A stretch of 64,000 bases of DNA from Epiperipatus broadwayi (lineage: Eukaryota; Animalia; Onychophora). The DNA lies in the NCBI GenBank assembly GCA_028023455.1, contig JAQFVV010000005.1, forward strand, positions 8,370,001-8,434,000. The letters run 5' to 3'. Both the position numbers and the translations under genes were made by a program. Shown here piece after piece: positions 48,300-61,177 of the stretch (its first letter is position 1; the number at the start of each line of letters is the position of its first letter). Below the pieces are notes generated by a model. The model was not told the DNA's origin, made no database searches, and was given only the letters and a program-made list of their open reading frames with translations.

Positions 48300-49150
48300 T
48301 ATTAAAATGCTCTTAATTGATTTATCACATAATTTTTTAAATATATTTTAATGTTTAATAGAACATTTTAATCTAAACCTATTCTGAATCATTTCCAAAA
48401 ATCCTTATCAGCCATCATATTTTTTAGCATAAATTCTTATTTTAAAGATTTTTAAAGGACATATAATTTTTTTCATTCAAAAACTTATCAGCCTATCATT
48501 TTTTATCAGCATTCCTTTATTATATAATTTTGTCTTGTTCTATAACATTAATATTTAGCATTTTTATCAACAATTTCATTTTTTATAAGTTATTCATCAG
48601 TTTCCATATGACTGTTGCTATTATCACCATATCACTTCTATAATCTAACTATAAAATCTTTTCCAACAACTTTTTTATTTATTGTGTGTTTATGTATATG
48701 GGTCATTACAAATATTAATTTTAACTTCATTTATAGAAATTTACTGTTACAACCAACATCATCAGCAGTCTGGAAATCAGACAACACTTCAAACACAACA
48801 ACATAATCTCTATTTAAACATCATCACAATGTTTAATTTGATATTAAAGCTTGACTATAAATTTAGCAATAATCTAACTAAAGTTTCCTTGGTATTAGCT
48901 CACTTTTAATAAACAAAGCCAAGCTTTTAATTAAACTCATTTTTAGAAATCTTGCTTTCAAATAGAGATGTGTTAAGCTGATACAAAGAAGGCTTTAGTT
49001 AAATTAGCCTAAATTTATATTTAAGTTTAATATTAAATTGAACATTGTAATGAAGTTTGATTAGAAGTCTACCTTGTTTTTTAATATGCTGTTAGAAAGA
49101 AGGTTTTAATTAAACTGCACCCCTAAATGTGAATTTAAGCTTTAATATCA
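48300..49150 (-). mobile_element. Decayed LINE RT remnant
   Basis: Minus-strand TADDVG (~48752-48769) and a weak FKYLG-like segment near 49110-49140. Confidence 0.2.
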
Positions 49151-52028
49151 AATAAAATGTTGGAAAGGTGTTTAAATAGACAATGAGCTGTCATATTTGA
49201 TGGGTTATCAATTGATTTCCAGGCTAGTAATGATGTTGGTGTTGACAGAACCATCCATCAGAAATTGTTTACTTTTTTCCATCAAATATTGCCATTAGAA
49301 AGATATTGGAAAATTATTATAGATGACATAAGTTGAAATTAGTATTAGAAATAACATTACATATTTATGTGGTATTAAATCATTTGTGTGTATATTATAA
49401 TAGTATAAAAGATAGGGAGTTAATTAGTTGGATGACAATTTTAACAATACACATTAGGGCTGAATTATGAGGAGATGGAAGACCATCATCATCCCCAAAT
49501 AAACAAAATATAAAATTTAAATATAAAAGGAATGAGCATGAGAAATCAACACAGAACTAACTATAAGTTCACCAGTATTACATGCAAGTAATAATTATTC
49601 ATCATAAATGATCAACAACAAAAATAAATCAAGTCAATCTTGTGTGACTATTTGAAAATGGTTCACTATAGAACAGGCTAATTATTTAGCCACTGCCAAA
49701 TCTTGGGTAGAAATACAAACAATAATTATCTGGATACAGATACTTAGGTGCTGCTCCATCAAACTACAACAATATGTCAGATAATGCTGAGATACTAAAA
49801 ATATCCTGACCATCCCCGATGCCCTAGCCACTTAATATTATTAATGTACTGGCCAATTAGAATTTTTAAAGTAATAATAAAATGAAACGTAGTGTATGAA
49901 CTTTAAAGGATATCTCTTTTGCACCAATCAGGATCATCATCATATGGATGTCCATAACATTAAGCATAAATCCCTACTCCATATAACTTATGGACAAATA
50001 TCACTTAGGAAGCAAGAACTCTAAACTATTACTGTGAGCAAGAGATAAATAAATAAAAGCAGTTGATTATAAATCAATTCAGATTATTCCTAGATTATTT
50101 ATTCTACTATAAATAAATGGTTTTACTGTGATCATTTAAAAAAAATCCTATAACATTAAGCTAACAAGAAATAAAGTCACATACACTGCAATTTATGAAA
50201 CAGGAATTGGGTAGAATAAAGAAATTACATTTTAAAAACAATTATTTAATAACTAAGTGATTAACAGTAAACAAAAAAATAGCATGATAGTATGAAATTT
50301 TAAACATTCATTTCATCAGAAATATATACATAAAAAATATTGTTAATAAGTTGATTCCTATTTATAAATTAACTATTAATTAATTGATATATTTTTTAAA
50401 ATAACTAAGAGTTGGAAAAACAACATTTTCAAAATCAAAGATAACAATCTTTGATTTAGCTTAATTAATCTTTTGTTAAGTTTTTAGGGAAGAAAAATAA
50501 TGTTTCACAAAAAAAATAAGTTCTAAAAAAATGATGTTTCACATTTGAAAACATGAAAATATTTAAAATTATCAATTATAAAAAAATATTACTTTTATAT
50601 ATAAAATTTATTATTATTAAAAAGAATACAGTGTGCATACAAAAAATTACCTCCAACCATGGTTTTATTTTTTTTGCAGAGTTCTTCCCAATTATAATTT
50701 TCAATTCCAGTTGAGTTTTTCTCTTGAAAGCTTCCACACATGATCATGATTAACATGTTCTTTTTCTGGTGTGCAGTATTTTATTTTCAGGTTAAAAACA
50801 GAAATTTTTTATCCATTTTTTTTAGTAAATTTCCCAGGTAAGATTAATATAGACAGAGACTGATGCTCATGGTTGCAGACAAAGTTGCAGATTACTTTAG
50901 GGCTTCTGCACATTTTTATTCCAGTGAAGGCAGGGTACATGGAGGAAGATGATGTCTAGCGTTTAAATGAATGTAGCATATAGTTTTCATTGTACAAACC
51001 ATTTTTATGACTAATATAGTATGCTAAAAACTTGATTGGAACTTCTGCTACTCTATGCAATAGCCTGGTAAAGATTCCTGCTGTGTTACATACCAGCTTG
51101 GTAAAGACTGCTTCTTTCTTCTTTATTAGCAGGATTAAGACTTGACTGCTCTCTTTTCAACAGCTAAGTTAGGAATATCCAATTCTTACCAGACACTTGG
51201 GTCTTCTTAACTTATTCACACTCTCATTATTTATTTTCTAGAACACTCGCCTACAAGACAATCAATCTGTCTTCAACATGATAGTTTTTGTAACAGCCAA
51301 TTAGATAAATTTTTACAAATACAATTATTCAGTTATTTCCCTTCTTAATCATAGACATTGAAGAACAAATCAAGAACTTAAATTAACAGAAAAATTTGGC
51401 ATTTCTTTCCAATTAAAAAAAAATTTCTTGCAAAAAGAAAAAACATAATCAGTTAATTACACTGATTTGATTTGTTTTGTAATGAAGAGAAATGAAAAGA
51501 AAAACAACTTTAATTAAAAATGAAATTTACCAAAAGCATTAAAATCTTATTTTGATTTTTTTCTTTTTAAAAATACTCTTAAACATAAAACTATCTCTTA
51601 AAAGGTTAAAATTAAATATTAAACAGTTTACTAAAAGAGAAAGTTTTTTTTTCTCATGGTACTTTTTTTTAAAAAAAGGAAAAACAACTGGTAATTAAAT
51701 AAAATTATTGAAGAGAGAACAAAAAAAATTATATGCTTTTATATTTTTCTTTTTTTTCTACCAACATTTACAATACATATTAAAATATGCATATTATAAT
51801 TAAAAAAAATTGTCTACAATGTTCCTACTAGCATGTAGGAAGGAAAATAAAATCTTTAACTAATTTCAGACTCATTATTATTATAAAAAAATATGCATAG
51901 GAAAATTAAATACTATTTTCCCCATTAATTAAATAACCCTAAACTAAACCTAAGAACATGCCTATTATCTAACTATTTTTAAAGCATCTATGTAGCCAAC
52001 TGGTTACAATATATATACTGTATATAAT

Positions 52029-54830
52029 ATCATCATCAACCATTATCAATCCACTGCAGGATGAAGGTCTCCAAGTTCAATCCATCTCCGATCTTTAGCT
52101 GCTCTTCTCCACATCAACCCTGCACACTTTCTTATTTCATCTATCTATCTCATGTGGTCTCTTTCTGGGTCTTTTACAATCTCTTGGAATCCGGTTTAAG
52201 ATTTCAATTGTCCATCTATTATCTCTTCTAGCAATATGTCAAGCCCAACTCAACTTCAGTCTTTTAATTTTTGCAATGGTCAGTAACACCTGTTTGTTCT
52301 CTAGCCCATATGTTACATTTTTGATCTCTTCTTGTTACTCCTAACATGCATCTTTCCATACTTCTTTGAGTGGTCTGAAACATGTATTTAAAACCTTTCT
52401 TTTCAAACACATAGGTATATTTCCATTTAGTATCAAGTTATTTCTACCAAAAGCACTCCAACCAAGTTTAATTCTATGATTAATTTCATCCATTATGTTT
52501 CCATTTGTATTAATAATCTGACCAAGGTATTTGCAACTGTTAACTTCTTCTAACTCATCATAATCAATCTTTATTTTCATATTTTGAGAAAATCCATTAA
52601 ACATTACTTTAGTCTTTTTAACATTTATCTCGAGTCCTACTTTCATCTGATAACTCCTGCAACATTTCCTGCAGCTCTAAAGCATTATTTGCAAAAACAA
52701 CTACATCTTCTGCAAAATCTAAACTTAAATAATCTCCATTTACTTTCACTCCTTTAGTTTCCCATTTTAATCAACAAAATACTTCTTGCAGAAGAGCTGT
52801 AAAAAGTTTTAGAGATATGGAGTCACACTGTCTTGCACCCTTCTCAATGTTAACTTTCCTAGTGTCATTAGGTAATCTAATTGTTGCTGTTGCATTTTTA
52901 TAAATATTCTTTAAATTATGACAATATCCTGGATCTACACCTTGATGATCCAATGCTTTAATCACTGAATAAATGTTTATAGAATCAAATGTCTTTTCAT
53001 AATCTACAAATTCAAAGCATAATGGCAACTCATATTCATTTGTTTTTTCTATAACTTCTATCAATACCTGGATATGATCTACTGTACTAAAACCACTTTT
53101 AAATCCAGCTTGTTCTCTTGGTTGGTGGAAATCCAATGTTCTCTGTAGACGAGTTGTAATTATCTTGGTTAAAAATTTGTATAAAACTGATAAAAGGCTG
53201 ATAGGTCTGTAATTTCTAATATCTTCTTTCTCACTTTTTTAAATATTAATATTAATACTGCATTTTTTCCAATCATGTGGTACATCTTTATCATTTAGAC
53301 ATTTGGGTATATAACTTTGCTAAAAAAAATTCTATTTCTTCAGCTGCTTCTTTTAATATATCAATTATAATTCTATTATTACCTGGAGCCTTTCCTTTCT
53401 TCATACATTTAATTGCATGTCTCACTTTTTCATTTAAAATTGTGGGCAATTCAGAAGATGTAATAGATATAGGATGTACTTGTTCTTTATTACTATATAA
53501 TTCTTGATAAAAGACATCTACCCATTTTATGATGTCATCTCTCTGTTTAGTAATAATTCTGTCTTTCTTTCTTATTGCAGATATAAATTTCCTACCAATA
53601 CCAAAATGTTGTTTTACACTCTTGAGACTTTTATTCTCTTCTACAGCTTTCCTTGCTAGTTCACAGTTATACTTATATCGTATTCAACTCTTTTCCACAA
53701 CATTTTACAAAATTCGAGATATTCAATCCTTTTTAATGCATCATTTTTGTATATCTTCATATTCCTTCTTTTCTTCATAAATTCTATAGTCTCAGTAGAA
53801 ATTTTATTGATCAATTGCTGCTTTTTTCTACCAGGTATCTTTGTTGCAGTTTTTAAAAGTGTCTCACTTATTTTCATATTAATTTCAGTCAAATCTGAAT
53901 CATGTTCAAAATCTACTAATACTTGAAACCGATTTGTAAGTTCTAATTTAAATTCATTAGAATGTTTCTGAAGATTAGGAATATCAACTGTAAATATAGT
54001 TTTTCTTTATAATTTTTGTCTCTTAAGTTTTGCATTAACACGTATCTTACATCTTACTAATTGATGATCACTTCCTGTGTTAAATTTATTAAGAACATTA
54101 CAATCTTGAAATATTTACGATAGAATGACAGCCGCACGCAAGACGTTATAAAATAAATGCTTAATCTTGAAATATGTATTATCTGTTAGTCAAAATATAA
54201 TCCATTTCTGCTGTACCTTCATTTAGATGCTTCCATGTCCATTTCCTTTTAACATTTTTCTCAAAAAAAAAGAATTCATAATATAAAGTTTTTCTTTTTC
54301 TGCAAACTACACAAGTCTATGTCCTCTCTCATTTCTATTACCATAACCAAAATTATATACAGCACTTTCATTTGTTTACCAATTCTAGCATTAAAATCTC
54401 CCATAACAATTTTAAAATGTTGTTTACTCTGATCAAAAACCTTTTGAACATCCATATAAAAATCTTCTACTACTTCATCACTGAGAATTTGTTGGGGCAT
54501 AAACCTGAATTATCTGCACTTGGGATCTGCTATTAAGTTGTATAACTAATCTTGCCACTCTGTCCAATACATCATCAATCTCCACAATGTTGTTCTTCCA
54601 CTTTTTATTTATAATGAATCCTACTCCACTTGTATTTCCAATATTTGTACCTTTATAATAGAGTACATGCCCACTTTTTAAATCAATTGTCTCTTCGCCT
54701 TTTCTTCTAACTTCAAAAAATCCAATAATGTCCCATTTAATATAATTCAGTTCTTTTTCTAATTCTTGCAATCTTCCTTCATTTGACAGTGATCTGCAGT
54801 TGTAAGTATCTAAATAAAAAGTCGTTATCA
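52029..54830 (-). mobile_element. RTE-clade LINE, disrupted, with an internal deletion near the 3' end
   Basis: APE (TYNCRSL..WDIIGFFEVRR, QVYAPT, VMGDFNA) and RT (EQAGF, FVDYEK, KGARQ.DSIS, FADDVV, KYLG). 3' end CCTTCATCCTGCAGTGGATTGATAATGGTTGATGATGAT. Confidence 0.92.
54115..54162. mobile_element. 48-bp insertion with 13-bp TSD inside the RTE copy
   Basis: AATCTTGAAATAT occurs at 54102-54114 and 54163-54175; the sister copy (~61689-61701, opposite strand) has it once and lacks the insert. Confidence 0.85.
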
Positions 54831-56889
54831 AATGACAGGGTCCACACACATATATATATTCCTACATTTATTTCTTTAAAATAATGTTTCTCTAGCTAGA
54901 TAGTTCAATAATAAAGATCATTCTATATGAAAACATTTCAAAGAGTTACCATAATCTTACTGCATCTTTGTCAAAGCTAATTTTTCAAAAGCCTGGGTTA
55001 ATAATTTTAAATGTTATTACTATAATAATTATTGCTTGCTTTGTATATATATGGCTCTCTTAATATAAAATTAATACATATGGGTGAAGTTTGGTAATTT
55101 TAATACGTAAGGATTTCCAAACTAGTCTTCTGAAATACTTATCATATTAAAAGAGGCTAGATAAAACATATATAACCTTTAATATTTGAATAGTTGACAA
55201 GTAGAGTAATGGTAATATTTTTTCTATTATTTCTAAATTTTGTACAAGGACATTAGATTTTTTGTCATATAGTAGTAGTTTTAAGATTGTTTTAAAGTTT
55301 ATTTATATTTTTATGTATTTTCAGTAATGAATAAATCAATAACTTTTGTCATATGTAAATTATTCACACATACAATGTAAACTTTATTGAACTGTTCCAT
55401 TCTGTATAACCTATAAGTATATGTGTGTGCATAATTTATATTTTCAATAAATAAATGTATTCATAAACATAATATATCAAGTTAGATTAATATGTTTATA
55501 TATAAATTTAAAAAATTATTGTTTAACATTGCTCATATATATATATTTTTTGCTTTGTTTAGATTAGCAGTGAATGATATCTGAAAAACATTAGATGCAT
55601 TATTGTGATCATACTCAGGGAAATAGCTTCAAGCCCATATTGTGACCTTACATCCCAGTTACTCATCAAAATATTGTGCCTTGACTTATACTATTCATAA
55701 GTTCTATGGTATCGTAATTGCTAATAAACCATTTCCAGCTATGCCATTTATACTCTCAAATAGTTGTTCATGATCTAGTAAGCACAGTATTCCAATTCAA
55801 ATAATGATTTATTATCTAGTAATTACATCATTATAACAGACTTGAAATATTATGTACATGATCATTATAATGTTGTAGAAAATTGGTGAAAGACCAGTTT
55901 GACTTTTCAATAAATATTCATATCACATTAATAAAAGAATAAAGTTTAGTTTTCAATAATGATTTTAAATTCTTAATCTGATGTTCTATTAAAAATAAAG
56001 TATTCTTCCTTAATAGCAAAATATTCTAAAACTAGTATAATAAGAAAGAGGAAAAAAATATTTTAATATATATAAATTAGAAATCGAAATGATGCTGATT
56101 AGAAATTTAAAATTGAAATCATATATGGACTTAATGAAATATATAAAATATAATTAAAAAGAAAATGGATTAGTGATATTGAAGTAAGTCTTTAACAAAA
56201 CAATACAAGTATAAGTTGGATGAAATAAGTTGGTAAAATTAATGTAATATTAATAATGATAATGGTCAAAACTATATTTTATTCTGTCTCTAGTAAATGA
56301 AATTTTATACAGTTTATAGAGATAGTGGCTCCAGTTTTCTTATAGTTATGTGCTTAATATTAGAATATTGAAAATATCACAAAACAGTTGTGTAAAAAAA
56401 CAGTTTCTGCTAATATTTTAACAACTACTCACTGTCCTTTACAAAAGAGCATTATTCATATCCATTTCCTTTAGAAAGTCATAATTACAGCTTATGAAAA
56501 GATTCACTATAAAATAATTATCATTAACTTGTAAAGATAAATAATTATAATAATGGCTTATGTCAAAAGTATTATTTTGTAGGGAAAAAGAAAAACAAAT
56601 TAGTAGTTTGACATCCATTCTATCCAGGAAATACTTAAATAATAAATTTCAAGCAATGTAACTTTTGAATAGGAAAAGTTTCCATAAAATTAAGTTTTAT
56701 GAATATATAAAAAAGTTAAATAACTAATGTGAACATTTATTAAAGTATATTAATAGATAAAACAAAACTTTTATGAAATAGAATTGTTCAAATGGTGATT
56801 ATGGATGTTGCAAAATTGTTAAAAAACAATTTGTTTATAATTATAATACTTATGTAAAACCTAATTTAAAAAAACATTCAAAAAATTGT

Positions 56890-58326
56890 ATGGAAAAAAC
56901 TTTTATCTACAATATGTGTCATCTCTTAACTTCTATTAATACTAATTTAAAAAGACATGAAAGAATGTTTACACACAAAATATATTTTTGTTGCAGCTTT
57001 TGTGATTATAAAACTGCTGAAAAAAATACTTTAAAAATACATGAAAGACTACATACCAAAAAAAAAATTTTCCAGTGCTCATTTTGCAATTACAAATCTG
57101 GGCAAAAAAATAATTTAGAAATCCATGAAAGATCTCACACAGGAGAAAAACCATTCCATTGCAATTTGTGTAATTACAAGACTTCTGCAAAAGGTAATTT
57201 AAAAGTTCACGAAAAAATCCATTTAGGGGAAAAACCTTTTCATTGTAATGAATGTGATTACAGAACTAATTCAAAAACCAATTTAAAAATTCATGAAACA
57301 TGTCACTTAGGAGAAAAACCGTTTCATTGTAGTTTTTGTGATTTCAAGACTGCTGCAATAAGAACTCTAAAAACTCATAAATTAACTCATACAGGAGAAC
57401 AACCGTTTCAGTGTAATGTGTGTGACTACAAGACTGTTTCAAAAAGTAGATTAAATAATCATGGGAAAAAACATGCCAAGGAAAAACCTTTTCAATGCAA
57501 ATTGTGTGATTACAGGACAGCTGTAAAAGGTAATTTAAAAAACCATGAAAAATGTCACACAGGAGAAAAACCATATCCATGCAATTTATGTGATTTTAAG
57601 ACTGCTTCAACAGGCAATTTAAAAATTCACGAAAGATCTCATACAGGAGAAAAGCCTTTTCACTGCAATTTGTGTAATTACAAGACATCTGCAAAAGGCA
57701 GTTTAAAAAGACATGAGTTAACTCACATAGGAAAAAAACTTTTCCAGTGCTGTTTATGTGAATATAAGACTACTGCAAAAATTAGTTTTAAAATACATAA
57801 AAGATCTCATAAAGAAAAAAAACCTTTACAATATAATTTGTGTAATGACAAGAATGCTTTAAAGAGTAATTTAAATATTCATAAAAAAAAACATGTGGGG
57901 AGTGAGCCTTTCCAATGTAGCTTGCACAATTATAATAATATTAAAATAAATCACTTAACATATCACAAAAGAACATATACAGGAGAACTACTTTTTCAGC
58001 ATTGTTTGCGCAATTATAACTCTGTTCAAATAAATAATTTGATGGTTTATGAAAGAACTCGTGCTGAAAAAAAAACTTCACATTGCAATTTATTTGATTA
58101 TAAAGCAGTTTATCACAATACTAATGAGTATACAAAATATTCTTCACTGAAGCTAGATTTAAATAAACAAGAAAGACAATCAATTAATCAAGATAACATT
58201 AGTCCTGAATTATTTAAATGCTGTTTGTGTGATTATAAAGACACAGAAAAATGTATTTTGGAAATTCATGAAGAAAGTCATTTTACTAATCATAAAATTT
58301 TTGAAATTCTCATATATTTCACTTGA
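56890..58326 (+). CDS. Poly-C2H2 zinc-finger protein, paralog of 16068-18050 (10 contiguous canonical fingers + a C-terminal finger)
   Basis: 478-aa ORF with the same finger style and a shared C-terminus CCLCDY...E...L..HE..HF..H...EILI.FT*. The frame is open without ATG from 56782. Confidence 0.92.
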   Translation: MEKTFIYNMCHLLTSINTNLKRHERMFTHKIYFCCSFCDYKTAEKNTLKIHERLHTKKKIFQCSFCNYKSGQKNNLEIHERSHTGEKPFHCNLCNYKTSAKGNLKVHEKIHLGEKPFHCNECDYRTNSKTNLKIHETCHLGEKPFHCSFCDFKTAAIRTLKTHKLTHTGEQPFQCNVCDYKTVSKSRLNNHGKKHAKEKPFQCKLCDYRTAVKGNLKNHEKCHTGEKPYPCNLCDFKTASTGNLKIHERSHTGEKPFHCNLCNYKTSAKGSLKRHELTHIGKKLFQCCLCEYKTTAKISFKIHKRSHKEKKPLQYNLCNDKNALKSNLNIHKKKHVGSEPFQCSLHNYNNIKINHLTYHKRTYTGELLFQHCLRNYNSVQINNLMVYERTRAEKKTSHCNLFDYKAVYHNTNEYTKYSSLKLDLNKQERQSINQDNISPELFKCCLCDYKDTEKCILEIHEESHFTNHKIFEILIYFT

Positions 58327-61177
58327 TGTGATGGATGATTCACTTAAATTTTGGAAGAGTCTTTAAAAATATAAATTTATATAATAATTAAATTACAGAA
58401 TTAAAAGCAAAAAGTTAGTCTTTTAAATATCTTCAGTATCAATAAGAGTAAAATAATTATTTACTTGCAATATTTACCCTCGACTACTAGATCAACATTT
58501 GATTTAAAAAGTAAAAAATTTATTAGGAAATAAATCTATTAGAAATATTTAACGACCAATGTCCAGTTTGTTTTAATAATGTTACTGTATTTATTAATAA
58601 TGAAAGAAACTATTGTATATTTAACCACTATTGTTAAAATAGAATTAAAATCTCAAAATATGTTGTAATTAGGATGAGTATATATATATGCCTACATTGA
58701 TAAAGCTATTAATATATTTTTGCACCATATTAAAAAATTGATTTTGTAAACCACAATAAATATTAAAATATTCTCTCTGAATAAAGCATAAAATCTGTTC
58801 AAATTGTATTCATAGTATACTGTATAGTATTTGTTATGAAAAGAAATCTGAAAAACAGTCTTCATTTCCTACTAAATGGAATCTGTATTCAATATCTCAA
58901 TGAATGCTCTACTTTGACTTTGCTATCATTATCAAAACAAACAATGAATTTAATTTACTTTAAATTAGATTTATATTTGCATTTAGTTTCAAACTTTAAT
59001 GTTAAACTTGCAAATATAGATATTGCCATTGAGCATAAAAGGTGAAATATGGCTAATAGCTTTGTTCAACTTTATGTGAGTTAATTTTCTTCAGGAGACA
59101 CAATTTGTATATTCAGTGCTTTTAGTTGTTTGTAACTTGAGTAGATTGAAGAGATAAATGATTTGGCAAAGCTTCTAATTGGTGAATAATGTATAATTTT
59201 TGTAATTATTAATTGGTTTAAAAGGCAGACTTTTGTATGTAGTAATAAATAGATCTTCGAGAGTAAGTTGGTTATGCATTCGGTATCTTGTCTCAGTTTT
59301 TCTTGGATTTTTTTCTCATCCCAGCAGATCCTATGTGGAAAGGAAACCAAGGAAATCAGTAGGCCTACCATGATATGTTTGTATATATAGTTCACATGTA
59401 AAGAGGAACCATGCTGATGTTTTGTTATTTTGAATCTGAGGTTATGTTCAGCGGTATATTGTTACAGTATCTTTTCCAGAATCTGCAACTTTTTTTATGC
59501 AGCAAGGAAAGCAGTGATGCCATCCATGTATGCTATGTGTGGGATTTGTAATCCTTATATTTTTTGCTTTATTTTTTTTATGAGGGGATTGATGTATGTC
59601 ATGAACAGTAGAACACCAAGTGGGGAACTTTGGGTTATGGATTGGTTGGGAATAAATGACAGGGATATTATTATTATAGTATAAAAAGTCTGTCTCATAT
59701 ATTATATTGTAAACTATTCAAAGACTCACAAACTTCAAGCTGATTTTTTTCCTTTATAGGCATTAGGATGTAATGAGTATCAAACAAATTGTAGTAAATT
59801 AGAAACTGTTCTTATATTATGTTTCCTACTAACATGTGATAAGATAAAAGGCAGCCTTTAAATATTCCAATCTAAGACAAAGATTTGATTGAATAATAGT
59901 CTCATAGAAAGTGAAGAGAAATCAAGACTACTGTAAAGATTTTCCAATAACCATATGGAGAAGTTTAAGTGTTTTTTCATCCTTGTTTTATTTTCTAACA
60001 TTGGATGGCTACTTTGAAAGAACAATTCTAAACCTGTTAAAATTCAAGTTAACTTGATCTGGATTGAAACACATTGTATGAATAGCTAGAGAATGCACTA
60101 CCACTGCTAAGAGGCTCTTTCTACTGCCATCTGCTATTCAATGATTTTTTGTACTTACAGAAATAGCTTTGAAATTAAGAAAAAAAAATATTGAAGGCAA
60201 ATTCAAACTGCATGTAAATTAATCAAGTTGTGTTGCCTTTTTATATGAATTATATTTTTATTTTTTTGGTACTCCCTTGTTTACCTATTTTATTAGATCT
60301 GTTGCATTATAAATATGGTGATGATTTTGCACAAATTTGTTGAATTATTTCATATTTTGCCATTTTGATACTTTACCTAATATGAAATTATGTATTCTGA
60401 TTTGTTGATATAACACTGATGACTCTATGTTGTCATCGCTTTGAGTTCAATGTTTTAGAGTAACATGCGACTAGATTATGTTTTAAATCTCAAGTAAACC
60501 TTTACTTAATATTCTGCCACTAAATTAAAAAAAATCATTTTTACATATAGAATGAAAAAATACAAAGGAATCCAAAAATCACCATATATAGGGAAAATGG
60601 GAAATTGAAGTTAAATCTTTATCTTTGTTTACAATATTTTACAAAGTGTTTGCAAAATATTCTGTGTTAGTCAATATACTTTTATATATATCATTTTACT
60701 TTTAACAAAATAAATAACTTAAATTTTTAAAATACTTGTTTTATTATTTATAAAATTTATTGTACAAGTTGGATTCAAAAGTTGCCATGCAGAAGATTGG
60801 TCACTGTGGCTCCATGGAATGACCAGCAAAATCAAATTTACTCGTGTGGGTTTTATTTTTGAGACTGAATAGATAGATGTCATGCTGTAAAAGGAAAAAA
60901 TTAGCATTTTCAAAAAATACACTTGAAATTCAATTCTTTCCATAACACAAATATCTTTTACCATATTCACCATGAATGAAAGAAAAGACTTCATTTGTAT
61001 GTTTCTACCAATACTTGCTTACATATATATATAAGATCACGGAATTGTGGGAAAGTTAGCATTTCAAAGCTTTAGTTGACACAGATTACTGGAATAATCG
61101 AAAACGCTCCTAAGTGGATAAAATTTTTTAATTATTTAGTTACTGTATTTACAAATATTCAGTTATATATATATATA

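Noticed and set aside
60030-60150. AVERA/SSG words resembling a hAT dimerisation domain
   Set aside because: Too short and frameshifted to support.
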